64,000 bases of DNA from Octopus sinensis (lineage: Eukaryota): contig NC_043001.1 in the NCBI RefSeq assembly GCF_006345805.1, positions 104,532,001 to 104,596,000 on the forward strand. Direction: 5' to 3'. The translations under genes were made by a program, and so were the position numbers. Shown here in pieces: positions 1 through 14,300 of the stretch (position 1 is its first letter; each line of letters begins with the position of its first letter). The notes beneath the pieces were generated by a model, which was given only the letters and a program-made list of their open reading frames with translations, had not been told where the DNA came from and searched no databases.

Positions 1-444
1 TTACTTATTCTATTAAATGTGAAAGGATGAAAGGCAAAGTCAACCTGGGATGAAATTAGAACTCACAATGTAAAGATGGATGAAATTCCACTAAGCTATA
101 TGCCAGCTGCGCTAAAAGTTCTGGCAGCTCACCACCTTATATATATATCATCATCATCGTCATTTAACGTCTGTTTTCCATGCTAGCATGGGTTGGACGG
201 TTCGACCGGGGTCTGGGAAACCAGGAGGCTGCACCAGGCTTCAGTCTGATCTGGCAGTGTTTCTACAGTTGGATGCCCTTCCTAATGCCAACCACCCCTT
301 GAGTGTAGTGGGTTCTTTTCACATGCCATATATATATATATATATATATGTATGTATATCAATATATTGTGATCACATTTATACAACACAATCTACCTAT
401 TTCAATAAACTAAAGATTAAACAAAATGTAATAAAAATATTTAC

Positions 445-506
445 TTAGTTTCTTCTTTGTCAAGAAGTGTATGACAGTACAGGTCCTTTGAAAGTTCTCC
501 ACAACC
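445..506 (-). CDS. e24, long type-C exon (62 nt): [20 protein letters not shown](K/N)
   Basis: gaatatttatag|GGTTGTGGA...GAAACTAA|gtaaat. Confidence 0.85.
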
Positions 507-3500
507 CTATAAATATTCAAAATGATAGCATATGTTTAGACTTTATAATAAAATAAATGATTTAACATCAGTAGTTCTATTTTACCATGTAAATGACTCT
601 TCAATCAAACTGGATATTGCCTCACTTCCTGAAGTAATTGGTTGTTTTGCTTCTCTACATCCACAGAATGTATACTAATTTACAGATGCTTAATTTGAAT
701 GAATGAGCAAATGCAGATTTGGTCTAAATGCATGAAAGTGAGGGAATTACCAATAAGGTCACCCAAGACCAATCTTTTAAATATTTTGGTGGAAAACAAG
801 AGAAATCTCAGTCATGACAAATCTAGTTAGAAACACATCATAAAGAACAGGTGACTTAGATGAAACTGCACCTTGTTACATACTGTGATGTCACAAGTAG
901 GCTAATGATATCGTTTACCTTATTTCTTATATGAATTAAGAGTCTTCAGAAAAACCTTCATAGATGACAGAATGTTGAAGGTATTAGAATGGACAAGGGA
1001 TCAAATCTAAGTCCATGCAAAATACCTTTCTAAGAGCTTGCTGCTACTAAATTTCATACACAACATTTGGCTGGACACCCAGGTTAGGGGTTGAGTATTG
1101 AGATTGATCCTGGAATCACATGCTTGCAAAGTAAACTACTTAAATGCATATCAATGCTTGTGCCTGCTTTGCAGGTGTAAGTGGATGGCTGTATTTTAAA
1201 TGGGTGTGGCCATAGATGGGTAGGGAAGATGTTCAATTTGCAACCACATGATTCCTGATTTAATCCCAATACCCAGCACCTTGGACAAGTGTTTTCTACC
1301 ACAGTTATTGTTTGACCAATTCCTTGTGAATAAAATTTGGTAGATGGAAACTGTGTAGAAGACCAGCTGTTGCTTGTACATTGAAGCCTCTGACTACAGC
1401 ACAATGTTATCTAAGGAAAAGACAAAGGCCAATACAGCTTCACAGTAGTGTTACCACAAGCATGGCTGTGAGAAGGGAAAAAGCATGATGAGATACCACA
1501 AGGCATCCAGTCAGGTGTTTTAACAATCCTGGACTGCTACTATTATTATCAATTTCAAAAAGTGAAAGGTAAAATTAACTTCACTGATATTTGAACTCAG
1601 AAGGTAGACAACAAAGACAAATACTGCAAAGCCTTCTACCCGATGCTTGAATCTCTCTGCCAATATACTGCATTGTAAATAAATCGTATCAACTAACCTG
1701 AGAGTCTTCGAAGTGTTTTCTTGCAAGTCTCCTGCAAAAGAAACAAACACATGTTCATCACATCATCACAATCATCATCATTACTTCTACATCAATTCAC
1801 AAAAGGAACCATTGCAGAACTGTTATTTTATGTTTGTACATTTTATTATTTAAATCTAAATCTAGAATTCATTTGAATAGGTTTAATCTCTGATTATCAC
1901 CAGGCATCATATTTGTGGATGTCAGTACAGTATGAAACTGGAATGTATTTAGCTTCCAAAAGATTTCTCTGTCAGAAAAAGCAGCCATGGTGAGTTGATG
2001 TCAGTTTTAGGTTTATCTTAACTGGCTTCTTAACAAGAGCATGACTCTTGCTAATAGGTAAAGCATCTTGGTTTTCCAAAATGGACAAAGGAACAAATAA
2101 TATTACAAAGTATTATAAATGCTTCAAATTTTCATTAAGCTTGAAACTCATGTTCATTCATTCAAATTAAGCTTCATTCAATTATTCTGGCAAAAGACTT
2201 TTGTCTTTGAATAACAAGTAATTCTTCATTATCTCACTTCTATATTGCTCACTGGCCAGTCCTTGGTCAGTTTTGGTAGCATATCAGGCAATTTAAGAAG
2301 TGGTTGCAAACCCTTTGATTTAACCCTTCCCCAATTATAGAGACAGAGACACTGTGGATGTGCCCTAAGATATTTTACACAGCACAATGACACAGTGAAG
2401 AAGTTAAGAAAGTTCAATTCATTTCTTTTGTTCTTGACTACAGTTCATTATTTCAATGTGAACTGGAGAAAGAAATGATTCTGAATTGAAAATTCTCCCC
2501 TTATTCTGTTCCTCCCCTGTCTCTGTTCTGTGGGTGTATGGAATAGGTTTGAGCCTTTTGTTTTTCATTTAAATACATACAAACAAAAATAGTGCATTAA
2601 AAGTGGCATAACAAGGACTTTCTGAAGTTGAAATACTGAACATATATATTTAATTATGTCTCTTACTATTTCCTATATTTACACATCTTTATATTGTTAT
2701 CATATTTATACATCACAGTCTCCTCATAATTAAAGATAAAAATTAAATTTAAGCAGAATGTTATAAAATTACTTACCTGACATCTTCACCGTCAAAATCT
2801 TTGGCATAGTTATCAATTTCTTTTTTGAATTCTTTATATTCCTAAAAAAGTTTACAATAAAGACAATAAATGCAATGATTTAACATTAATAGTTCTATTT
2901 TGGATTGATTTCGACTCTTCAATGAAACAAAACATTACCTGACTCACAGAAACACTTAAACAAAAAAAAACAACTAAATCATCATCATCATCATCATCGT
3001 CATTTAACGTCCGTTCTCCATGCTAGCATGGGTTGGACCCATCTTTTCTCTATATATGCTAAATTCCAGTAAAGAGCTGAAATCATTCACTGATGGGGGA
3101 TATTACCTAACTTGAGAAGTGATGCACTAAAGGGATGTAACATAATACTACAAGGCATTTCATCTTGCACTGTCAACTGATTTTGATATTCCCTTCTTAA
3201 AAGAAGATTCTATGCAGTCACTAAAAGATAGCAACAAAATCTCCCTTAGATCTTGAAAAAAAAAAGAAAAAGACAAAAAGAAAGGCATGACTGCATGGTA
3301 AGAAATTGGTTTCCTAACCACATGACTCTAGGTTCAGTCCTACTGTGTGCAACTTTGGGCAAGTGTCTTCTACTATAGCCTTGGGCCAATCAAAATCTTG
3401 TGAGTTTGTGAGTAGATTTAGTTACAGAGACTGAAAGAAGACTGCTACACACACCCACACACACACACACACACACGAGTGTGTGTGCATCTTTGTTTGT

Positions 3501-5364
3501 CCTGAACCATTGCATGACAACCAGTGTTGGTGTGTTTATGCACCAATAACCTAGCAGTCCACCAAAAGTGATCAACAGAATAAGTACCAATCTTAAAAAC
3601 AATAGGTACAGGGGTTGAGTCATTCCACTAAAAATTATGAAAGGTGGTACCCCAGCATGGCCACAGTCTAGCAACTGAAACAAGATGAAAGATATATTGG
3701 ATAATGCTGTATCAAGATACACAGTGAGTTCATTAGCTTCTATTTCAAAGGAGGAATGGGTACTTCTCCAACCAGCTACAAACACTACTGCTGCCTATCA
3801 GCTAAATTGCTGTATGTTGTGTTATCAGACATGAAAAGATGGAAAGCTATGTTGACCTCCGCACAATTTTGAATACAGAAATTCAAGAAAAGTGTTAAGC
3901 TGTCATTTGATTGCTCAGCTAAATCTTCATCAACTATCATCTTTAAAATGTCTTAAACACGTTTGTTAGAAGGGGCAGGTAAGTTTCCATGATATTTTGG
4001 TAGCCCTGTCTCAGACTTGTAAGGATTTCCATGTATGTTGTTCAACCTCAACATCTGAAGGAAAAAAAATGTATGGAGAGGGAACTGCTGATTTCATCCA
4101 AATGCATGAAGGTGAGAGAATTCATACTAAAAGCACCCAAGAAGCAGATGGTGGTGTTAAAGTGAGTGGTATGTAAGACCTGTAGCCAATTTTCTGATTA
4201 AACAAAGGACTTTGATCAAAACCAAACAGCTGGTCATCTTATGTCCATATGAGGAAAATAACGACCTATTGGAAATCATCATCATCATCATCATCATAGT
4301 TTTAATATACACATTTCATAGCTTACATGGGTCTGGCAAAATTCATTCACATAGTATTTTTACAGTGTAAGGATTTAATGTGTGTCCTTGGTCTTTAGAC
4401 TCTGATGGAAAGACAACTGGAGCTAAACAACAAAAACTGTAATAGTAACAGCAATAGCCACAATAGTCACAATCAATGGTGCTGCAGCTACATCCACAAT
4501 GTTTACATGCATTTTAAAAGAGGAATACTCTCAACAATTCAACTGCAAAAGCAAAGAAAAATCATAAATCTTAAAATGACTGTTAAGGGCTCTGGCTCGA
4601 TGAGATAAAACATATGAGAGATAACAAGTCTGTGGTTAGGATGCTTTTCTGTTTCAACTCACATTAACGGAGGATCTACCAACTTATTTCCAACAGCTAC
4701 ACAAACTCAATATGCTGTCTTTTACTAAAATAAATAAATAGTGAGAACTCACTTTTGTATATCCACAATGTTTTCTTGCTAGAGCCCTGCAAAAGAAATA
4801 AAAGGACACACATCATCATCATGATCTTCATCATTTTTATGTCTTGAGACAAAGATGAACATCATAAGAATATAACTTTTATATAATTTCAGGAGAGGGC
4901 TAAGTCAATTACATTGACCCCACTGCTCAATTTTTATTTATTCTATCGAACGTGAAAGGATGAAAGTCAACTGCAATAGAATTTGAACTCAGGATTGGGG
5001 AGTGAGAGGTAAGCATAGTGCATCATCATTTAACATCATCATTATTTAACATCTGCCTTCCATGCTTGTATGGGTAGGACGGTTCACTAGGAACCATCCA
5101 GACAGAGATTTGCACCAGACTTCTATGACTATTTTGGCAGAATTTTTACAGCTGGACGCCCTTCCTAACACTAACCACTCAGCAGAGTGAACTTAATGCA
5201 TTTCATGTGGCCAAGCACAAGTGAGGTCAGTTTTGGCTTGGTTTTTACAGCTGGATACCCTTCCAAATGCCAATAACAGAATTTGAACTCAAAATGTAAA
5301 GACAGATCGAAATGCTACTAAGCATTATGCCTGTTGTGCTAATGATTCTATCAGCTAAACACCT

Positions 5365-5396
<32 letters not shown>

Positions 5397-8300
5397 TATA
5401 TCATTATATTGTAATCACATTTATACAAAACAGTCTCCTCATTTCAATGAAGCAAAAATCCAATTTAAATAAAATTTAATAAAAATATTTACTTAGCTTC
5501 TTCTTTGTCAACATATTGGTTATTGTCCAGTTCAGTGCAAAGATTTTTGTAACCCTATAAATATTCAAAATGAAAGCACATGTTTAGACTTTATAATAAA
5601 CTGAATGATTTAACATCTGCAGTTCTATTTTACCATGTAACTCACTCTTCAATCAAACTGGATATTGCCTGCCTTCCTGAAGCAATTGGTTGTTTTGCTT
5701 CTCTACATCCACAGCAACATCAAATTTCAGATATTTTAGGAACATTGGAATAATTCCAGAACATATTCTTTCAACCAACTTAGGACTGTAGGAAAATTAA
5801 AGTAATCATTTCTAAACAATGCACAAGATCACACATTTTGTAGGAGTCTAATTATTTGCAACACAGAGCTTGACTAATAAAGGAATGTGGTCTACTAATT
5901 AGGGTTTTAACTTCACAATTATAAAATAATGGCTTTGCTTCCTGGACCAAGAGGTACATTATGCCCCTGAGTAAAACAGTTCAGTATATTTCCCTCTAAT
6001 CTACTTAGCTGACAATATGCAACAGCTGAGTGATGCTGGAGCCCTCTCTCAATCCAGCTATCATGTCCTCACTTTTGGGTGAAAGGTAGGATGGTTGAGG
6101 AGTTGTTTGTATCGAATTGTCACTGCATAGACACATAAAACACTTAGTGGAAGTATGGTTTCATGATACCAGATTATATTATTTTGTGTGAGATAGCTAC
6201 GGAGTTATTTTTGTGGATTATTTTTCTAAATACTTGACTAATATTTTCTGAAATCAGAAAAGATGCAAGACAAAATTGACAAATGTGAGATTCAAAATCA
6301 GGCAATAATCCTCCACTTCATGAAAAGAAGTTCCAAAATACTCCTTACATCTCGAATAAGAGAGAAAAAAGTTGAGAGATTTGGATATACTGGATCTTAC
6401 ATTATCCAGATATAGTATTTGGGTAAGGAAAGAAGACAAAATGGTATCACTTTCAACAACATTGCTCATTCAGAACTGACCTGGAATTAAGCCTTTCAGA
6501 CTGAATGCACCCATATCCAGCCTGAATATTCTAACTGTTTAATATTCACACCAGCCTCATCTAACTTCTCATACCTTCCCTACAATGTCATTTTTAAAAT
6601 AAATAATCACACAATTAAAACTACAAGATAATGAATGATTAATTCAAAACAATGTGAATAAATAAGGAGCACCTTTGACACAAGTATTTGAATGTTAAAG
6701 GGGTAAACAAGAATAACAAAAATAAAATTAAATACGAGTCCAATAGAAGAAACAAAGACTTTCTCTTTCATTAGTTTCAATATCAAAGCTGCAGTTGTTA
6801 CTTCTACCAACACAACTTCAACAACTTTCCTTGTGTTATCAAGCTTCAATAAATGGGATGATACACTGAACTCACTTGCATTTCAATTCAGAAATTTCAA
6901 ACATTAAACTAGTATATGAAAATCTTGTATACCGTCAAGTCTCTTCCTCTTAATGCTGCACCAAATTACCAATATTGAAAACAGGTTTAGAAATTCAAAA
7001 CAAAGTAGAGAATCAAAATATGTTTGGAGAAGAAAATAAATCTAATCTCTATTTCTTAACAGAAAAGGGCCATCACAGAAGGCTGCATATAATCGTTTCA
7101 TTTGCTTAATTATAGCAACTAAATTGTCATCAACTATTATCTTTCAAATGGCATCAGCTTATATTAAGTTCCTCGACTTCAGACAATGATCTACTAGAAA
7201 GACAAAACTTTTATATTTTTTATAGGTTTGTCAGATGAGGCAAGTTACGATTTGGGTCATTTTGGTAGCCCTGCCTCAGACTTGTAAGAATTTCAGTGTA
7301 TGATGTTCAACCTGAATAACGGAAGGTAAAAAATAATCGGTGGAGAGGAACTGCTGATTTGGTCCAAATGCATGAAAGTGAGGGAATTACCAATAAGGTC
7401 ACCCAAGAACCAATCTTTTAAATATTTTGGTGGAAAACAAGAGAAATCTCAATCATGACATCTCTAGTTAGAAACACATCAGAAAGAACAGGTGACTTAG
7501 ATGAAACTGCACCTTGTTACATACTGTGATGTCAAAGGTAGGTTAATGATCTCATTTACCTTATTTATTTCTTAAATGAATTAAGAGTCTTTAGAAAAAC
7601 CTTCATAGATGACAGAATGTTGAAGATTATTCAGTCAAATGCAATGGCTGTTTATCCATAATGCAGATCCAATGTCATTAGTAGTACTGCTGCTGCTGCT
7701 ACTGATGCCAGCAACAGCAGCACTATATTAACCACAAGAATACTGCAATGACAACATACCTTGTTGTTAGTGTTATCTGTAGTTATCTGTAGTTGCTGCT
7801 CAATTTCAGACAGTATTAAGAGATTATCTGCTAAATTAATCCAAACATGACATGAATTGAGGTACATGAAGGGAAAATGCAGAATAAATAAATAAATAAA
7901 AAAAACACCTGCACTGGATTTGATCGTTTGACATAAGAGCATGTAATCCAATAGTTTTGTCCCACAACAATCACATTTCTACAGGTGTATCCACTTTGGT
8001 AGTTGATAATTAAATAACACCAGATTTATTAACAAATCAGTTCTTTTTAGCTCTGTTGTAATTCTTTAGCCCCAGGTTAGTCCAGATCCAGCAGACCTAT
8101 TATCCAAAAGAATGTTTCTTATGACTAAACCCAATAAGGACACTTATGCAGGGCCTCCATCACTGGTAGGAAAAGGGGCGGATGAATCCATCACTTGTTT
8201 GGTATCATCAGACCATATACCTCGAGTGAATGCTTACTACAGAAGGAATTCCACTGAATGCATCATAGGAACAGCTGATGGTATTAGAATGGAAAACAGA

Positions 8301-11300
8301 TCAAATTTAAAACCGAAGAACAAGTAAGGTCCATACAAAAGAGATTTCGAAGAGCTTGCTGCTGCCAAATTTCATACACAGCATTTGGTATGACCCCAGG
8401 TTAAAGTAGAAGACTAGGTGTTGCATGTACAATGAAGCCTCCCAATGCACAGCACCTTGGACAAGTGTTTTCTACCATAGTAATTGTTTGACCAATTCCT
8501 TGTGAATAAAATTTGGTAGATGGAAACTGTATAGAAAACCAGCTGTTGTTTGTACATTGAAGCCTCTGTCTACAGCACAATGTTATCTAAGGAAAAGACA
8601 AAGGCCAATACAGCTTCACAGTAGTGTCACCACAAGCATGGCTGTGAGAAGGGAAAGAGCATGATGAGATACCACAAGGCATCCAGTCAGGTGTTTTAAC
8701 AATCCTGGACTGCTACTATTATTATCAATTTCAAAAAGTAAAAGGTAAAATTAATTTCACTGATATTTGAACTCAGAATGTAGAAAACCAAGACAAATAC
8801 TGCAAAGCCTTCTATCCGATGCTTGAATCTCTCTGCCAATATACTGCACAGTAAATAAATCATATCAACTAACCTCATGCTTTTTAAAGTGTTTCTCTAC
8901 CAGCGTTCCTGCAAAAGAAACAAACATATTTTCATCACATCATTGCAATCATCATTACTTCTACACCAGCTCACAAAAAGAACCATTACAGAACTGTTAT
9001 TTTATATTTGTACATTTTATTATTTTAATCTAAATTTAGAATTCATTTGAATAGGTTTAATCTCTGATTATCCCCAGGCATCATATTTATGGATGTCTGT
9101 AGAGTATGAAACTGGAATGTATTTAGTGTACTAAGATTTCTCTGTCAGAAAAAGCAGCCATGGTGAGTCGATGTCAGTTTTAGGTTTATCATTATTCCTT
9201 AACTTTGTCCCACCTTGCTCCTCCTTGCCTGGCTGACTGACGTAGTCAACTACCTCCTCTATAGTAAGACAACTATATCTGTCTCTCTGTCATACACTAA
9301 ACTCTTGCCAGGCTCCCAGCCATATCCCTCGATTCTGCTCCTTCACTCAACTAAGAGCCCTTTGTCTTGCAAGTCACTTGACAACTCCACTGGTCTTGTT
9401 GTCATGTGAGATCACATGTGCCACTGCCATGTAGGAAGTTCCTATGCACTGCCACATAAAATACGCTGAGTACATTCAGTAAAGTAACTGACACTGGGAA
9501 GTGCTCCCAGCAGCATAGACCATGCCGAAAACAAATGGAGCCTGCTGTGGCCCTCCAGCTTGCCAGTTCCTATCAAACTATCCAATCCATACCATTAAAT
9601 GATGATGGTTGTACATGATGTTGATGATGGTGGTGGTGTTAAAGGTCTTTACTTGTAAGTAAAAAAATGTTTTACTTTTTATAATTGAATCAGGGCAAAA
9701 TGAAGACAGACCTGGTTGAGAGGACAATCATTTTAACTGACAGATCTTGCAGATTTAAACAGGATTATTATATGTAATGGTATATATCTTTACATGACTT
9801 TGTAGTGCAGAAGATTTTAAAGACATAATTTCTTATACATTATTTGTTATTTGTATTAAAATTTCAGATTTGTTTTCAATTTCAGCTTCATAAGAATGAG
9901 ACACTTTCATCAAAAAGCAATCAAGATTGGCAGATGATTTTATCCAAAGTTTGAGGTCATCATCATCATCATTAAACATTTGTATTTCATGCTAGCATAG
10001 GTTGGACTGTTTGACTGGAACTGGCAAGGTGGGGAGCTGCAACAGGCTCCAGTCCTCTGCTTTGGTGAGGTTTTTATGGCTGAATGCACTTCGTAATGCC
10101 ATCCACTTTACTGAGTGCACTGGGTGCTTTTGAAATGGCACCAGCAGAGATACATCTTACATGGCACCAGGAAAGGGGAATTTTAATTTTAATCAGAGTT
10201 TAAAACCTTTATTCTTCAATTCATTTCTATATGAACTGGGGAAAGAAATGATCTTGAACTGAAAATTCCCCCCCTTATTCTGTTCTCCCCTGTCTCTGTT
10301 CTGTAGGTGTATGGAATAGGTTTGAGCCTTTTGTTTTGCAGTTAAATACATACAAACAAAAATAGTGTATTAAAAGTTGCGCAACCGGGACTTACTGAAG
10401 TTGAAATACTGAACATAGATATTTCATGTTGTCTCATATCAACAATGTCATGGCTTCTCTTATTATTTCTTACATTTATAGTTCTTACATCGTTATCATA
10501 TTTATACATCACAGTCTCCTTATAATTCAAACTCAAAATGAAACTTAAGCAGAATATTATACAATCACTTACTTTGCCGCTTCTTGTCCAAATTGTTTCC
10601 AATATTCATTCACATCCTTTTCAAACTTTTTATATTCCTAGAAAAGTTTATAACAAAAGCATTTGTTGTAACTTAATAATAAAAGTAATGATTTGACATA
10701 AATATTTCTATCAAGATGAATAAAGAGTAAGCAACGTTTTGAACCATGAAGAATTTGTACTGGATTTTTTGCAGTTTTGAATTTTTTAAAACCATTTTTT
10801 AGCAATTATCTCATTAATACAGACATAGATTTGCCAAATGGATCAATAAATTAATATTGATATTTTTTTACTGTTGTTACAATCATCTGAAAGAGAAATG
10901 TCAATATGTGATATTTGAGCAATTTTGTTATTCAACTTCAAAAAAGGAGTTAAAGCAGCAGAAACTGCTTGCAATATCAATGAAACATTTGGTGAGGAAA
11001 TGACCAGTGAGTGGTCAGCTCGAAAGTGGTTTAAATAATTTCGCAGCAGAGACCTGAACCTTGAAGATCGCAAGCATCGTGGATGCCCATCTGTCATTGA
11101 TGACGGTCATTGAGAAAGATACCGATAAATCTACTCAAGAAACGGCAAAAGAACTTCAAGTTAGCCAGAAAACTGCCTGCAACCATTTGCATGCAATTGG
11201 AAAATAAAAAATTTTGACAAAGGGGTACGACATGATTTGAATGAAAATGCACAGACCAATCCATTTCTTGACCATATTGCAACTTGCAATGAAAAGTGGA

Positions 11301-14300
11301 TTCTGTACAATAATAAAAAACAATCTTCACAGTGGTTGGACCAAAATGAAGCACCAAAAACCTTCTCTAAACCCGAGCTCTTCAAAAGGAAGGTTATGGT
11401 GACTGTTTAATGGTGTACTGCTGGACTCATCCACTATAACTTCATAAAACAGGGAAAAAACATTACTGTAGGAACATATTGTCATGAAATTGCCAAAATG
11501 AATGAAAAACTGCCACTGCTCCAGCTGAATCAGGTGATCAGAAGCTGGCCAATCAGAAGAGGGCAATGCTTGACCACATGTTTCACTAATGACACTCCAT
11601 AAGTTGAGAGAACTTGGCTACGAAGTTTTTCCATACCCAGCTTATTCCCCATACCTTTTTCCTACTGACTACCACTTTTTCAAACACCTTCAAGGTTTCC
11701 TTCAAGAGAAGGAGTACAAAAATTAAACAGATGCTGAAAGTTCGCTCAAAAAAGTTCATCGGCTCCAGAACTCCAGATTTTTATGTTACCAGAACAAACA
11801 AACTTGTAACTCGTTGGCTAAAATGTGTTGATTGTAATAGTACTTTGATGAATAAAATTTCTGCACTGTTGAGATATATTATGAAGAGTTTCATATTTCA
11901 AAACGCTTCTTACTTTTCAACTCTGCTTGATATTTTGGACTGGTTTCGACTCTTCAATGAAATGAAACATTACCTGACTCAGAGAAACACTACAGAAAAA
12001 AAACAACTAAATCTTTTCTCTATATATGCTAAATTCCAGTAAAGAGCTGAAATCATTGACTGATGGGGGATATTGCCTACCTTGAGAAGTGATGCACAAA
12101 AGGGATGTAGCATAATACTACAAGGCATTTCTTCTTGCACAGTCAACTGATTTTGATACTTCTTTCTTAAAAAATATTCTACGCAGTCACTAAAAGATAG
12201 TAACAAAATCTCTCTTAAATCTTGCAAAAAAACTAAAAGGTGTGGCTGTGTGGTAAGTCTATTAGTTTACATTTGAAAGGAGGAATGGGTATTTCTCCTA
12301 CCAACCACAAACTCTACCTCTGCCTATCACCTGAAATGTTATTTCTTGTTTTATGAAAAGATGAAAAAGCTATGTTGACATCAGCACGATTCTGAAATTC
12401 AGATATTCAAGAAAGGTGTTATGTTATTTGATGGCTCAGCTAAATCTTCATCAATTATCAGCATCATCATTATCACTTAAAGTCTATTTTCCATGCTGGT
12501 ATGGGTTGGACAGTCTGACAGGAGCTGACCAGGCTCCATTCCTCTATTTTTGAATGGTTTCTACAGCTGGATGTGCTTGCTAACACAAACCACTTTATAG
12601 AGTGTACTGGATGCTTTTACACAGCACCACCATGGGTGTGTATACATGCCACTAGATTTGGTGGATTTTGTATGGCACCAGCCCCCATGAGTCTCCAAGA
12701 TTATGAATGCTCAGCTAGAAAAGGATGCTGCAAGTATGCCTGTATGTAAGGACAGCTACACCTCTACTTAGCCTGACGTGTCATGTCAAGCACAGCAAAC
12801 CACCAGGAGTCCCAAATTCTGTCCTGTCACTCCCTCTGTGAGACCCCCCCCCATCTGAAGATTCTCTCTCACCACTTCATCCTACATCTTCCTGGGTCTA
12901 CTCCTTCTACTTTAAAAGTGTTTAAAATAAGTTTTTCAGAAGAGGTGAGTTAATTTGATAGCGCTGTTTGTTGCTTGACCTCAACATCTGAAGAAAAAAA
13001 AATGGTTGGAGAGGGAACTGTTGATTTGGTCTAAATGCATGAAAGTGAGAGAATTCGCACAAAAGTCACCCAAGAAGTAGATAGGGGTGGTAAACTGGGT
13101 GGCATGTAAAATGTGTTCCCAGTTTCCTGATAAACAATGGATTTGATCAAAACCCAACAGCTGGTCAATGAAGGAAAACATAGTTTTAACATCCACATTT
13201 TATAGCTTTCATGGGTTTGGCAGAATTCATTAATGTAGTATTTTTATAGTGTAAGGATTTAATGTGTTTCTTTGGTCTTTAGACTTCATGGAAAAACAAT
13301 TGGAGCTAAACAACAATATCTGTAATAGTAACAACAATAGCCACAAAAAAACAATCAGAGCCTCTGCTGGTGCTAATGCTGCTGTTGCTGCAACTAGTTG
13401 TGGCGGTGCTGCTGCTACCACACTTTGTCTCCATGCATTTTATAAAAGGAATACCCACAACAATTCACCTTCACAAGCAAAACATTGCTAAATCTAAAAA
13501 TTGTCCATAAGGGCTCTGGTTTTATGTGATAAAACAGATGAGAGATAAGTCTGTGGTTAGGATGCTTGTCTCTTTCTACTCACATTAACAGAGGATCTAC
13601 TAACTTATTTCCAACAGCTACACAAACTCAATATGCTGTCTTTTACTAAAATAAATAAATAGTGAGAACTCACTTTTGTATATCCATAATATTTTCTTGC
13701 CACATCCCTGCAAAAGAAATAAAGGGACATACATCATCTTGACTATCATCATTAACATCATCATCATCATCATTTATATATATCTAGACAAAGAAAAACA
13801 TCATAAGATTATAATATTTTGTACAACTTCATCTTGAGACATGAATTCTCTCTTAATATTGGAACCTACATTTGGACTTCATTTCAGTTGGTACTTATTT
13901 AATCAACCCTGAAACGAAGGAAGGCAAAGGTGAGATGAAAACTCAGAACGTGAAGATGGACAAAATGCCGCTAAGCACTTTGCCTGACATAGTAACGATT
14001 CTGCCAGCTCACCACCATAGCAAACACAGAAATATTGAACTGATGTCACTACTGGCCTTACTAATTCCATTATTGGTAAGACGTATATGTCCTGATTCTT
14101 TCATTCTCATGAGTTTCCCACTTTAGAATTATGGAATCTTCATTCTATAGCATTATGTTAATTCATTTCTCACTCCATATGTATTAAAATGCTTATTCTA
14201 TCATTAAGGCTTTTCAATATTCTTCCATCCCAAACTTTAGAACCTCGCAGTGTTTCATGTACAAGGCCCTCCATAAATGCATGGCATGTTATAAATGCAG

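Noticed and set aside
5493-5554. EF-hand-like loop in e20 ([12 protein letters not shown])
   Set aside because: The acidic ligand pattern is not kept in the other eleven long exons, and the position-6 Gly is absent; likely chance
6400-6482. Possible extra exon [17 protein letters not shown] (TGA) vs [18 protein letters not shown] (TGT) at about 37160-37240, hinting at a Sec/Cys swap
   Set aside because: Weak acceptor with no pyrimidine tract, no matching donor between copies, does not fit the exon phase pattern, present in only two modules; ordinary duplicated intron is the simpler reading
11614-12042. 142-aa plus-strand ORF
   Set aside because: Out-of-frame read-through of the mariner 3' end into host intron
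13872-14126. Recurring [30 protein letters not shown] (also 33302, 43584, 49170)
   Set aside because: It spans the junction of a SINE remnant and duplicated intron, is antisense to the gene, and starts and stops differ among copies; the conservation reflects module duplication
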